Counted from the first letter of the stretch, positions 1 to 11,634 are shown. The stretch: 64,000 bases of DNA from Octopus sinensis (GCF_006345805.1 NC_043013.1:32240001-32304000); one strand, 5' to 3'. Numbers and translations are program-made. The notes: generated from the letters alone by a model not told the origin.

Positions 1-143
1 AATATCGGAACTTTTGGTTATCTTCTCCACCTAAAAAAATTATTTAACCCTCAATAAAACAAAACAAAATCGAAAACAATAAACATTGAAACTGAAAAAA
101 TTAATCATCTTATTGAATCTCATAACATTTATATACCAAATCA

Positions 144-198
144 TTACGGGGACGTAAACAGGCCAACACCGGTTGTCAAGCAGTAATAGGGACAAACG
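144..198 (-). mobile_element. 3' part of tRNA/CORE-type SINE (family A)
   Basis: Reverse complement of the GTTTGTCCC..CTTGACAACCG..TTTACGTCCCCG segment seen in the full copy at 8531-8966. Confidence 0.75.
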
Positions 199-240
199 CG
201 AAGATATATGCACAGATAAGCATAAATATTTATACTTATG

Positions 241-322
<82 letters not shown>

Positions 323-325
323 GAG

Positions 326-640
326 TTAGGGGTTAAGAAACCGTCTAAGGGATATTAAATATCCAGTATACTACTGAATGTGTACCTAATTATTTATAAC
401 CAAGTGCTTACTATTGCATGGCAATATCGCAATTGGGTATTTTTGTATGGGTGAGAGTAAATTAGAAATTTACCCAAGATTTATAAGGCAAATAAGATAA
501 TGGAGAGGGTATACAATCGACAAACATCAGCTAGTAAACACTCATTTATATCTATTTATTAAATGATTATAAACATGTGTACGTGATACAAATTAATGAA
601 TGAAATAAGCCAATAAATGCATAAACAGATATATATACAT

Positions 641-676
<36 letters not shown>

Positions 677-1273
677 TATATATATAAACAAATGAATAAT
701 AATAGATGAGTGTACAGGTACTAATTCCTTACGGCCGTTTCTACCACGAGGCAACAAAAACTTCCAATATATCTTCACCCCGTCAGTGATATACAGGGAT
801 CAATAGACATTGGATAGTGTTTGGATAATGAATGTACCCCTAAGCTTCTTCATAGGGTGCAAATGTTAGGAAACTAACATGTGTGAAAGTCTGTTAAAAA
901 ACAGAGTAGGGTAAAATAGAATGAAATAATGTGATAGACATAGTAAGGAAAGGTAAGGTAAGGACTTCAATAAAGGTGTTAATATAATCCACGTCAGTTA
1001 TTCCATCCTCTGGTATGTAGGTGAATAAAGTCTCACTCAGGAGGAATTTCTGGAGGCTGCGGTACACATCGTGTTTTCATCTTTTATTATTCATTTGTTT
1101 CTATATATATATATGTATTTATGTGTGTGTGTGTATGTGTATCTGTTTATGCATTTATTGGCTTATTTCATTCGTTAATTTGTTTATAATCATTTAATAA
1201 TTAGATACAATTGAATGTTTACTGGCTGATGTTTGTCCATTGTATATCCTCTCCATTTTCTTATTTGCCTTAT
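326..1273. mobile_element. Non-coding element with long internal inverted repeat, apparently inserted in the (TA)n of a family A SINE
   Basis: 481-~712 is a diverged reverse complement of ~1072-1273; SINE halves lie on either side (144-198 and 1285-1378). Confidence 0.6.
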
Positions 1274-1284
1274 ATATATACAAC

Positions 1285-1378
1285 GGATTTCTTTCGGTTT
1301 CCATCTACCAAATTCTATCACCAGGCTTTTGTCAGTCCGAGCCATTAGTAGAGGACTCTTACCACACAGCTACGCCTA
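1285..1378 (-). mobile_element. 5' part of family A SINE, internally deleted
   Basis: TTCTTTCGGTTTCCATCTACCAAAT...CTTACCACACAGC..CGCCTA matches the reverse complement of the family A head. Confidence 0.7.
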
Positions 1379-1814
1379 TACATAAGAGGATGCCGCAGTT
1401 GTAGTTTACATGTTTACAACAAGTTTTCTTTAAGATAATATAATTAGCCATTTTTCTCATAATTTAATTCCACTGCAAGATGAGAAAAACCGTGGTTAGA
1501 CGAAAAAATAACATTAATGAAATTACTTTTGTACGTTCATACTCATCATTTGTAAAAGATATTTAAATATATTAGAGTGCTGTTATATTGTGTAGCATGA
1601 ATATTTAATGATAATTTATTCATTATTTATTAAATATAATTTGCAGTTTACATGCATAACTTACAATTACTGAAAATTTATTTTACAAAAATATATAATT
1701 GGTTTACTTTGGTTCCAACTATTCAAATTTCATTATTTGGACGGCATTGTTGTAGATGGGAGATAACCTTGAACACACAAAAGCCGAACTCGAACACACA
1801 TACACACATACACG

Positions 1815-1852
<38 letters not shown>

Positions 1853-1882
1853 AGTAAATATTCAAATTAATATTCATATACA

Positions 1883-1883
1883 C

Positions 1884-1918
<35 letters not shown>

Positions 1919-1957
1919 CAGCAGCAGCAGCAACAGCAGCAGCAGAAGCAACAGCAA

Positions 1958-1990
<33 letters not shown>

Positions 1991-2007
1991 TAGTAGTAGC
2001 AGCAACA

Positions 2008-2040
<33 letters not shown>

Positions 2041-2100
2041 GAAGCAGCAGCAGCAGAAGCAGCAGTAGTAGTAGTAGTAGTAGCAGCAGCAGCAGCAGTA
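1883..2100. repeat. Compound (AGT)n/(AGC)n trinucleotide microsatellite
   Basis: Direct reading. Confidence 0.95.
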
Positions 2101-2213
2101 CCATTATTATCAGCAGTAAATATGAATAATCGATAATAACAGCAATAATATAAGTGGCCAGCAAGCAATAATAGCGTTAAATTGCTGTACAATAAAAATT
2201 ATAACTATAACAA

Positions 2214-2565
2214 AGGTTAGACGAAGCACCAGCTTGCTAGATATAAGAGTTAAAAACCTCAAATTAGCCACCAATCATACTGAAAAACAAAACGAGCCAG
2301 CAGAAGTCGAGCAAACGATCAAATGGCTGTAAAATAAGGTACTTGATACACCTGGATCATTATTTCGAATTCTGGGTTAAGCCTTAATTCTCCTCAGTAG
2401 GTTTTGCAATACCTAATACGAAAAATCCAACACGCCTCTCTGAATCCGTTACGCGTTGACTAGTTTTTCACCAATTCAAAATAATTACTAGGTATATCAA
2501 TTACCAATAAGGCTATTTGAGGTTCTTAACTTTTATATCTAGCAAGCTGGTATTTCGTGAACCCT
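2214..2565. mobile_element. ~350 bp element with ~55 bp terminal inverted repeats and an internal hammerhead
   Basis: Left AGGTTAGACGAAGCACCAGCTTGCTAGATATAAGAGTTAAAAACCTCAAATTAGCC pairs with the right end, which finishes CTAGCAAGCTGGTATTTCGTGAACCCT. Confidence 0.8.
2350..2402 (-). ncRNA. Type I hammerhead ribozyme motif
   Basis: Minus strand: ACCTA-CTGAGGA-GAATT(14 nt)AATTC-GAAA-TAATG-ATC-CAGGT; intact core, 5 bp stem II, AUC triplet. Confidence 0.75.
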
Positions 2566-2570
2566 CTATT

Positions 2571-2616
<46 letters not shown>

Positions 2617-2617
2617 T

Positions 2618-3238
2618 AACTTATAAACAAGGGCCAAAGAAAAAGTTTCTAATACCAAATATGCCGAAACTAGACACATCGTCCACAACCATATAATTCA
2701 TCGAAGAAAGCCGACAGAAATTTCTAAAAAATTCCGTTATTACCATATCGGACCCGATTTCAGAGTTAGTTCATAAGAACCTTCTCTTCATCAGTGATAA
2801 ATGCGGCAAAGGAATAAATGAAATATTTACTCACCCATGGAAGAAGCAAACACTAAGTCATGAGCACAACTAAGTACCCCAAATATATCCACAATAGGAA
2901 TCCTCCAGCCCATTCGAGCCACGTGCGATTCGAACTAAAAACTCTTAAAGAGTGAGAGAGTCCGGAAGTGGACACTATTAAATTTACATCTAATATAGGA
3001 TAAAATTTTTTCGAAAAAAATTTTATCAATGGCCAGCATATTAAAAATACCTTTAAAGGTTAAATTTATAAACAACTTATAAACAAGGGCAAAAGAAAGA
3101 AATTTCTAATGCCAAACACTTTTTTCTTTTGCCCTTGTTTATAAGTTGTTTATAAATTTAACCTTTAAAGGTATTTTTTAATATGCTGGCCATTGATAAA
3201 AAAATTTTTAGAAAATATTTTATCCTATATTAGATGTA
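2618..3238. mobile_element. Penelope-like-element (PLE)-type terminal-repeat remnant with direct repeat and fold-back
   Basis: Direct repeat 2618-2662 / 3074-3116; near-perfect inverted repeat 2985-3100 / 3120-3238; internal hammerhead; (TA)n on both sides. Confidence 0.6.
2746..2799 (-). ncRNA. Type I hammerhead ribozyme motif
   Basis: Minus strand: TATCA-CTGATGA-AGAG(18 nt)CTCT-GAAA-TCGG-GTC-CGATA; GUC triplet. Confidence 0.75.
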
Positions 3239-3249
3239 CATATATATAT

Positions 3250-3295
<46 letters not shown>

Positions 3296-3305
3296 AACAC
3301 GTATA

Positions 3306-3990
3306 TTAGGTTGTCAAGAAAGTTCTTACTGTTATTAACCTTTAAATTCAGATGCACATATCTCGGCTGAAACAAAAATTTATTAATCGGAATAAACACC
3401 ATCAGAATTAACACACTTTTTCCAACGCGAAACAACTTTATTTATGCCAGTAGCGTAAAAACCTGCGTTCTGGTGGCGGTGAAGTCGTTGAAGGCGTGTT
3501 TGGCATCGTCTTGGTTTTTGAAGTATTTCTCACGCAGGAAGTTGTTGAGATGCTTGGAAAAGTGATAGTCAGTAGGCGAGAGGTCTGGTGAGTATGGCGG
3601 ATGAGGCAGAGTTTCGTAGCCCAATTCGTTCAACTTCTGCAGGGTCAGTTGTGCGACGTGTGGCCGAGCGTTGTCGTGGGGAAGAATTGGTCCTTTTCTA
3701 TTGACCACTGCTGGCTGTTGTTGTTGGAGTTTCTTATGCATTTCATCTATTTGCTGACAGTAGTTCTCCGCCGTAATGGTTTCGCCTGGATCCAAAAAGC
3801 TGTGATGGATGAGACCGACCGCAGACCACCAAACAGTCACTATGGTGCAAATTTAGCTTCGGGAAGTGCCATGGAGCTTCGTCGGCGTCCAACCACTGAG
3901 TTGAGCATCATCGGTTGTCGTAAAGAATCCACTTTTCATCACAAGTCACAATCCGGTCGACAAACGGGTCGTTCTTGTTGCGTAAAAGAA
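3306..3990 (-). mobile_element. 5'-truncated mariner (DD34D), Hsmar1-like terminal repeat, pseudogenised transposase
   Basis: Motifs TCDEKWILYDN, HDNARPH and YSPDLSPTDY with 34 residues between D2 and D3; TA then TTAGGTTG terminal repeat at 3304-3333; stop and deletion in frame. Confidence 0.92.
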
Positions 3991-4462
3991 GGTAAGGCAA
4001 CTGTGGAAAACAACTGTTCAGGCCCTATGCTCCACAAGGGGAAAAAGACGTTACGTGTATGTATATGTGTGCGAGTGTGTGTATGTGTGTTTGTGTGTGT
4101 GTGTTCCTGAATTAATTTTCGCGACTCCTGCACTAAGATCAAGCGTAACTGATTCAATCGATTTCAATTACTTCTTTTGTTACTCCACGGTACCTCCAAT
4201 TTTGAATTTTTGAAACAGAATACCTTTTTCCCTCCCACCACCCAGTTTACTATTAGCAAGATTGTTAGACTTTCAGAATAAACGTTTTGCAGTATTTCTT
4301 TCCCTTTACCATTTGAGTTCAAATCGCATCGAAGTAAAACTCGCCTTTCAATGCATTGCGATCGACAAAATGGTGTACTTGTTAAGTACTGGGGACAATA
4401 TTATTGACTAATTCCCCTCCCTCAAAATTGTTGGCCCTTTGTCTAAAATAGGAACAATTATT

Positions 4463-4882
4463 AAGGCGGCGAGCTGGCAGAATCGTTAGTACCCCGGGCG
4501 AAATGCTTAGCGGTATTTCGTCTGTCACTACGTTCTGAGTTCAAATTCCGCCGAGGTTGACTTTGCCTTTCATCCTTTCGGGGGTCGATTAAATAAGTAC
4601 CAGTTACGCACTGGGGTCGATATAATCGACTTAATCCTTTTGTCTGTCCTTGTTTTTCCTCTCTGTGTTTTTTGCACCTTGTGAGTAGTAAAGAAATAGG
4701 TATTTCGTCTGTCACTACGTTCTGAGTTCCAATTCTACCGAGATCGGCTTTGCCTTTCATCCTTTCGGGGTCGATTAAATAAGTACCAGTTACGCACTGG
4801 GGTCGATGTAATCGACTTAATCCGTTTGTCTGTCCTTGTTTGTCCCCTCTGTGTTTAGCCCCTTGTGGGCATTAAAGAAATA
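4463..4882 (+). mobile_element. Dimeric tRNA-derived SINE (family B; possibly the octopus Twin family)
   Basis: A-box-like TGGCAGAATCGTTAG and B box GAGTTCAAATTCC; a ~190 bp module occurs twice; target-site duplication GGAACAATTATT on both sides. Confidence 0.88.
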
Positions 4883-4924
4883 AGGAACAATTATTATTAT
4901 CCTAGAGATTTTACATTCAATCTA

Positions 4925-5192
4925 AAAGTTGCGTACTGGGGTCGATCTAATCGACTGGCCCCCTGCCCCAAAATTCCGGGACTTGTACCTAGAGTAGAAA
5001 AGATTATTCAAGGCGGCGAGCTGCCAGAAAGGTTAGTACGCCGGGCGAAATGGTTAGCGGTATTTCGTCTATATTTACGTTCTAAGTTCAAATTCCGCCG
5101 AGGTCGACTTTGCCTTTCATCCTAAACTAAGTACCAAATGCGTACTGATGTCGATCTAATTTCGGGCCTTGTACCTAGAGTAGAAAAGAATA
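4925..5192 (+). mobile_element. Family B monomer and tail fragments
   Basis: Tail GTACTGGGGTCGATCTAATCGACTGG...CCTAGAGTAGAAAAG twice; head GGCGGCGAGCTG at ~5012. Confidence 0.8.
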
Positions 5193-5734
5193 TATAATCT
5201 ACAGAATTATACATCTGCAAGAATGTTATCTAGTTCAGGTTTTTCAGCACATATTTCGCCAACTGAAATATGGCAAATATTCGTTGGCGTGTGTACACAC
5301 CAATTATTTGGAAGCCACATGGTTGTGAACAGGAAAATGTGTGTTACACACGATATAAAGAGTTCTTAATTTGATCTTTACCTCTCCTGATAAAGATACG
5401 TTCTGTCCTGATCAGTTGATTCGCGCGATCACCTGGCCATATGTGCATCATTTCAGCATAGGCAGAAGACAAATATAACAGATAATATAATCAAACTTAC
5501 AATACTATGCTATCTAGCTGTAATCTCATTTCCTACATGAAACAGATGAAAGTAAAAACTGTAGGCTTCTTAGCTACTTAAGATAAAATATATCGCAAAC
5601 ACCGGAAAGACATTAAAATCCCGACAAAAACACTACAAAAACATTAATGATATTAAAAAAAATGCAAAAATATATAAAATATAATAGATATAAGAGACCT
5701 GGTGTTTTTTAATTTTGCCAAATATCCCATTGAC

Positions 5735-5924
5735 ACACACAGACACACAAACATATACACACATATGTACACATATACGACGGGCTTCTTCCAATTTCCG
5801 TCTACCAAATCCACCTCCGAAGCTATAGTAGAAGACATTTGCCCAATATGCCACGCAGTGGGACTGAACTCGGAACCATGTGGTTCGTAAGCAAACTACT
5901 TACCACACAGCCACTCCTACGCCT
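5735..5924 (-). mobile_element. Family A SINE, 5' half
   Basis: Reverse complement of head and CORE-like segment CCACGCAGTGGGACTGAAC..CTTACCACACAGCCACTCC. Confidence 0.88.
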
Positions 5925-6059
5925 ATATATATATGTATGTGTGTGTGTGTGTGTGTGTGTGTATACATGTATATATATATATATGTATATATATATGTAT
6001 ATATATATGTATATAATATATATATGTATATATATGTATGTATATATATATACATATAT

Positions 6060-6091
<32 letters not shown>

Positions 6092-6098
6092 GTGTGTG

Positions 6099-6170
<72 letters not shown>

Positions 6171-6246
6171 TTATTCTATATTCCGTTTGGAACGTAGAGT
6201 ACAATATAAAGCCCGTCCATCTCCAATTTTATATTTGTGTATAAAT

Positions 6247-6297
<51 letters not shown>

Positions 6298-6793
6298 ATG
6301 TACGTACATATAGTTCAGAAACGATAAACCGGTTTTTAATTGTGCTGTTGTCTCTCAACTTCAAACAAAAACCCTGTCTGATTGTTCAACCGCAAAATAA
6401 CCAGATTAATCATTATCATAATTTGTGTATGAAATAAATATACGGCTGTCAATAATAAAAACAATTACAATGATATAAATAAATGTAATATATATAATAA
6501 TAACTATGTAGAAGGACCTTCTTTCTGTTATGAATTGAAAATGAAGGAAATACGTCTTTTGAATATTTTGCCAACATGATAATTATAAAACTATACGACT
6601 TCAATAACTGAAAAGACACGAGTTTGAAATATATAACTATATAAACAGAAAATCTGCCCCTCTTTCTCTCTCCCTCTCTCCCATATAACTGATTATTCCG
6701 CTCTCACAGTACACTTATACATACATACATGTATACATATATATGTATATATATGTATATATGTAAATATATATATGTATTTATATATGTACA

Positions 6794-6840
<47 letters not shown>

Positions 6841-6994
6841 GTATATATGTAAGCATATATATATATGTACATATATAAATACATCTATACATACATATAT
6901 ATATATTTATATAATACAGTTCTATATTTAAGAGATGAGGAATTATTTACATTATTTGCATTTGACGATATTTGTCCTCATCTTGTTTGTTGTT

Positions 6995-7040
6995 AACACA
7001 ACATTTCGGCTGATATACCGTCCAGCCTTCATCAGATATC
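6995..7040 (-). ncRNA. Minimal type I hammerhead (loopless stem III) in a short repeat spanning ~6925-7110
   Basis: Minus strand: GATAT-CTGATGA-A-GGCTG(10 nt)CAGCC-GAAA-T-GTT-GTGTT; stem I pairs through three G-U wobbles. Confidence 0.72.
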
Positions 7041-7116
7041 TTGGGGAAATTTCGAACCTGGATTCTCATTCCTAAGGTATTTTTCGATGTTATTATTATT
7101 ATTATTTGGTTTATCG

Positions 7117-7422
7117 ACACCGAAAGGATGAAAGGCAAAGTCGACCTCGGCGGAATTTGAACTCAGAACGTAAAATCAGACGAAATACCTATTTCTTTAC
7201 TACCCACAAGGGACTTAACACAGAGAGGACAAACAAGGATAGACAAACGGATTAAGTCGATTACATCGACCCCAGTGCGTAACTGGTACTTAATTTATCG
7301 ACCCCGAAAGGATGAAAGGCAAAGTCGACCTCGGCGGAATTTGAACTCAGAACGTAGTGACAGATGAAATACCGCTAAGTATTTCGCCCGGCGTGCTAAC
7401 ATTTCTGCCATCTCGCCGCCTT
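7117..7422 (-). mobile_element. Family B dimeric SINE
   Basis: Two GGATGAAAGGCAAAGTCGACCTCGGCGGAATTTGAACTCAG modules, head at 7422. Confidence 0.9.
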
Positions 7423-7689
7423 CAGATTATATATTCTCTCAATATTAATTGTATGATATTCTATAATATAGATTGTAGAATGTCCTTTATCACAATTTTG
7501 TAGTAGCCGTCTATTACAATCTAAAAGACAATCTTCAGGTTTGGAATTGACAAAATAGTAAGCCAACTGAATAATTTCTGAAAGCTGGACAGATTTCAAA
7601 AGGCATCTCTCTCTCAGCCTTTGAAATGTCTGACACAATATTTGCATCACTGCCAAAATATTTCTAAGCAACAAAACGTGAACTACGCA

Positions 7690-9170
7690 GAACCATCATT
7701 CGTAGAAACCACATGCCAAAAATCTTAGAGCAAGTCGTGACACTCAAACACTAAAGCATAACCTTCGTGCTTCAAATCTATATTAAAAGCATATTGTGGA
7801 CATTCTGCGAAACATCAATGAAAGTAGAATGACTTTACGAGAGTATCTGATACAGAAAACCGTGCAAAGATCATTAAAAATGTTAGATTATATAAATCTT
7901 GACAGAAGAACTTACGAATCAACAAAAACATTTATTGGCAGCAATCAACAATATCCAAAATTGGAAATTAAAGCAGAATATATGAGAAGGCAAACAGTGA
8001 GTTACAGCAGGGCTGTTTTATCACAAAACCTGTTTTATTATACAAATAAATGCGCGATCTATAAAGCGTGTCCCAGTTAGTGACAGGAGAGCAAATTATC
8101 AATAGTATTTGTTATACAGATGTTGTAGTCCTCATGGCAACATTGCAGAAAGGACAACACAGTTATTTCTGAAAATGGTGAGAATGAAAAGATGAACTTG
8201 ACGAGGACAATCTCAAGAAAGGACCACCAATTTGCAATATAAGTTTTAATGGAGTAATCATGAAATAAGTCGATAGTTCTGAATATTTGAAAACCTCCAT
8301 TGTATCAGGTGGGAAAACATTGAAGAAAGTAAGTGGCGGTTTGGACGACGTTAAATATATATTGTCGAATAAACGGCTCTCAAAAGGAATTTCTGGAAAA
8401 AGAATTCTTGGAGATACACATAGAACCCATCGTTACATATGGAGTTGGGTGACCAGAAACATCAACAAACTCGTGCAAAATCATATAAATTCTGCAAAGA
8501 TATATTTCTGAATATGTCCTAAACTAAATAGGCGCAGGAGTGGATGTGTGGTAAGTAGCTTGCTAACCAACCACATGGTTGTGGGTTCAGTCCCACTGCG
8601 TGGCATCTTGGGCAAGTGTTTTTTGCTATAGCCCCGGGCCGACCAATGCCTTGTGAGTGGATTTGGTAGACGGAAACCGAAAGAAGCCTGTCGTATATAT
8701 GTATATATATATATATTATATATATATATATTATGTGTGTGTGTGTGTGTGTGTGATTGTGTGTCTGTGTTTGTCCCCTAACATTGCTTGACAACCGATG
8801 CTGGTGTGTTTACGTCCCCGTCACTTAGCGGTTCGGCAAAAGAGACCGATAGAATAAGTACTGGGCTTACAAAGAATAAGTCCCGGGATCGATTTGCTCG
8901 ACTAAAGGCGGTGCTCCAGCATGGCCGCCGTCAAATGACTGAAACAAGTAAAAGAGTAAAAGAGTAAACTAATAGAGGATCAAACGTTGACGTGCTTAGT
9001 CGAGCAGAAATTATCAGAAAATCCCTCAAGAAAATAAGGACAAAGCTTTAGCGACTTAGTGACAACCAACTGGACAACTGAGAGGAAGAAACGAAGGAAA
9101 ACAGAGAAAGAAGGTATATGATCGCCTTACAGTGAGCTACAGAAATACCGGTCTGGTGACGAGCTAAATT
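7690..9170 (+). mobile_element. Highly degenerate RTE-clade LINE reverse-transcriptase remnant, split by a SINE
   Basis: Fragmentary translations INSICYTDVVVLMA (YADD-like), VDSSEYLKTSIVSGGK and IEPIVTYGV resemble RTE RT; many stops. Confidence 0.6.
8531..8966 (+). mobile_element. Full-length family A SINE (tRNA head, CORE-like segment, internal TA/TG microsatellite, (TAAAAGAG)n tail)
   Basis: A/B-box-like head, GGCATCTTGGGCAAGTG core, 8-mer tail; imperfect target-site duplication AACTAAATA / AACTAATA. Confidence 0.92.
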
Positions 9171-9909
9171 GTGTGAAGAACCTTTAAAAGATGCTTGCAC
9201 CATTTCAGCAGAATATTTATAAATTAATTAGCGAAACATGTCGAAGCAGCTCCAAAAATAAGTAAATGAATTAAGACTCAAAATGTAGAATTAGATCTAA
9301 ACATTGAAACCAGATATTATTTGAACATATAATTCATGTGTATATACTTAGTAGAAATCACTCTCTAAAATGTTCCGTTAGTTTATATATATTTCGTAGA
9401 AGTTAACATTCCTATGATACAACAAACATAATTTAAGAGGAAAATTTTTTTTTTTTAAATTGACTACAGATATAGAAGATAGTAAAAATCGGGCACTGAA
9501 CAGAATACCAGAGACAAGATTATAAATATGATTAAATCAGTAGTTCCAGCCATAAACTACATGTTCGTTATAATTAAATGGAAGCGAACTGCAGATAGTA
9601 AAACATGAAAACTACTCACCAAATTATGAAGTCATTATCTTAAAGCTTTTAACCAGGATCTAACTACCATGTGCAAAGCGTGGAGAAGGATTGATAAATC
9701 TTGAAAGCTATTATAAAATAAAGGCAGTGGTTTTAGAAATTTGATTAAAAGCAAATAAATGTTGGATGATTTGGTGTGGGGTGGAATCCAAGCATGATTA
9801 AAGAAAATTATCAAGCTATCACTGAAAAACACAGAGAAAGAACCTGTAGCACAATGTATCTCTAGAAAACATAGGAAAGTTATCGAAATATAAAGAATTC
9901 GTCAATATA

Positions 9910-10224
9910 AAACGATAAACGACGCCCTTTTTAAAGCCTAAACAGGGTCATGGGCCCGGTGTCCCGGTTTCTGTGGCCTGTGTGTTCCCCCCAGCTGGAC
10001 GGGACGCCAGTCCATCGCAGCGTTACTCAAGAAACAGGAAGAAAGAGTGAGAGAAAGTTGCGGCGAAAGAGTACGACAGGGGTCACCACCAGCCCCTGTC
10101 GGAGCCTCGTGGAGCTTTTAGGTGTTTTCGCTCAATAAACACACACAACGCCCGGTCTAGGAATCGAAACCGCGATCTTCCGACCGCGAGTCCGCTGCCC
10201 TAACCACTGGGCCATTGCACCTCC
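9910..10224 (-). mobile_element. tRNA-derived SINE family C with V-domain-like segment
   Basis: Head GGAGGTGCAATGGCCCAGTGGTTAGGGCAGCGGACTCGCGG, B box GGTTTCGATTCC, GCGATGGACTGGCGTCCCGTCCAG; perfect 13 bp target-site duplication ATTCGTCAATATA (9897-9909, 10225-10237). Confidence 0.9.
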
Positions 10225-11634
10225 ATTCGTCAATATAGATAACCAAAATATTGTGTTAAAAGGCTAAACACTCTCAATAATAAACAATATGTGCCTTAAC
10301 TATGATTATAAACGATGCTGACAAGCACCTAACAAGAATCTCAATTCTTGTTCATATATAAAATATACAGAAAGTAACACTATTCTGATCCAAAAATAGA
10401 TTATTTTCAATACTGTTGCTAAACACCCAAAATATAAGGGAGCTGGGAAAACACTTTTGAACGCTTTGCAATATAAAAGGAAACAATAAATTTCAATTCA
10501 GATAGCCTGGAAATTTTGAGAAACATGCTAGATGAAACGTGCATGGTAGAGCCGTTAAAATGTTGAACAAAATACCTCAAGGTTTTTGCTCTAATAATGC
10601 ACTGTGTTCAAATCCCGCGGAAATCAATTTTGTCCCTCATGCTTGTCGATAAAAAAGAACGCAAAATTGAGACCCTACATTGTCAGAACTGTTACACTAT
10701 CAGATAAGGTGCCCTGCGGTATCTGTTCCGTTCTTTGCATTCTGACAAAGACAGTACCAGAGCCATGTTGTATTGACCCACGTCGACGATCCTTCCCTTG
10801 GATAAACATCGATACCGAGGGAGAGCGGAGAATTGCATGCATGGGACACTGCTAGTTTTTGCTAAAATGTCTTTCCAAGGCATGTGCATACATTTGGAAG
10901 TGCCCTGTAAAACTTGACTGTTGGAAGGCTCTAAATAAAATATATTGTTAAACATTCTAAGTTAAAAACAGATTAAATCAAAGAAACAACATCTATCCTG
11001 CAGGACTATCCATTAGAAAATGTGTAATTTCTAGTAATCAAACTGGATAATAAACGATAGATATATTCTTCAAATCTGACAGCTAACGATGTCAAAGCTA
11101 CGTTACTCAAAACCATGCCTGACCATACAGTTGAAGAGATTAACAAAAACTGTCCTGGTGTTGTAATCAAAGCTAGAAAGGAAATTTTGTTTCGAGACAT
11201 CCAAAGATAAAGGGAAATTATCAAACTATCACTGACAAGTACAAACAGGAAAAGAATTTGTCTTACTGCAAACACACGATAACATATTACTAGTAAAATA
11301 AATAGGAAAAATATCCATATATAAAGTAGCCTTCAAATAGAAATAACCAGAACATTGAGTAATAAAAATATAAACAATCTTCGTAATAGCAGTGACTTGA
11401 GAATGATTAAATATGATGCCGACAAACATAACCAGGATTCCAGTTTTTTACACATATATAAAATATACTGAAAATAATATTACTATACACTGCACTAAAG
11501 TATTTTTAATGCAAAGAAAAATATAAAATGAAAATAAAACAAAACACTGTACTTGAGATGGCACACAGAGCTACTTTTTTTAGTCCTTTTTTTAGTACAT
11601 TGTGTAAATGCACGCAATGAAATGACGACGACTA

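Noticed and set aside
820-870. Degenerate hammerhead in the 326-1273 element (GTACCC/GGGTGC stem)
   Set aside because: Needs several substitutions and an indel to restore both core strands
1719-2192. 157 aa poly-Ala/Thr ORF and overlapping poly-Leu ORF
   Set aside because: Entirely explained by the (AGT)n/(AGC)n repeat; no unique coding flank
4510-4880. Repeat-spacer pattern resembling a CRISPR array
   Set aside because: Only two ~190 bp modules with near-identical interiors; eukaryotic SINE, no cas genes
9910-10224. tRNA genes at SINE heads
   Set aside because: A/B boxes continue into SINE bodies with tails and target-site duplications; no complete cloverleaf found
9795-11260. ~50 bp diverged direct repeat (IIKLSL frame) near 9800 and 11215
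   Set aside because: Surrounding frames are full of stops; probably decayed repeat sequence I cannot classify
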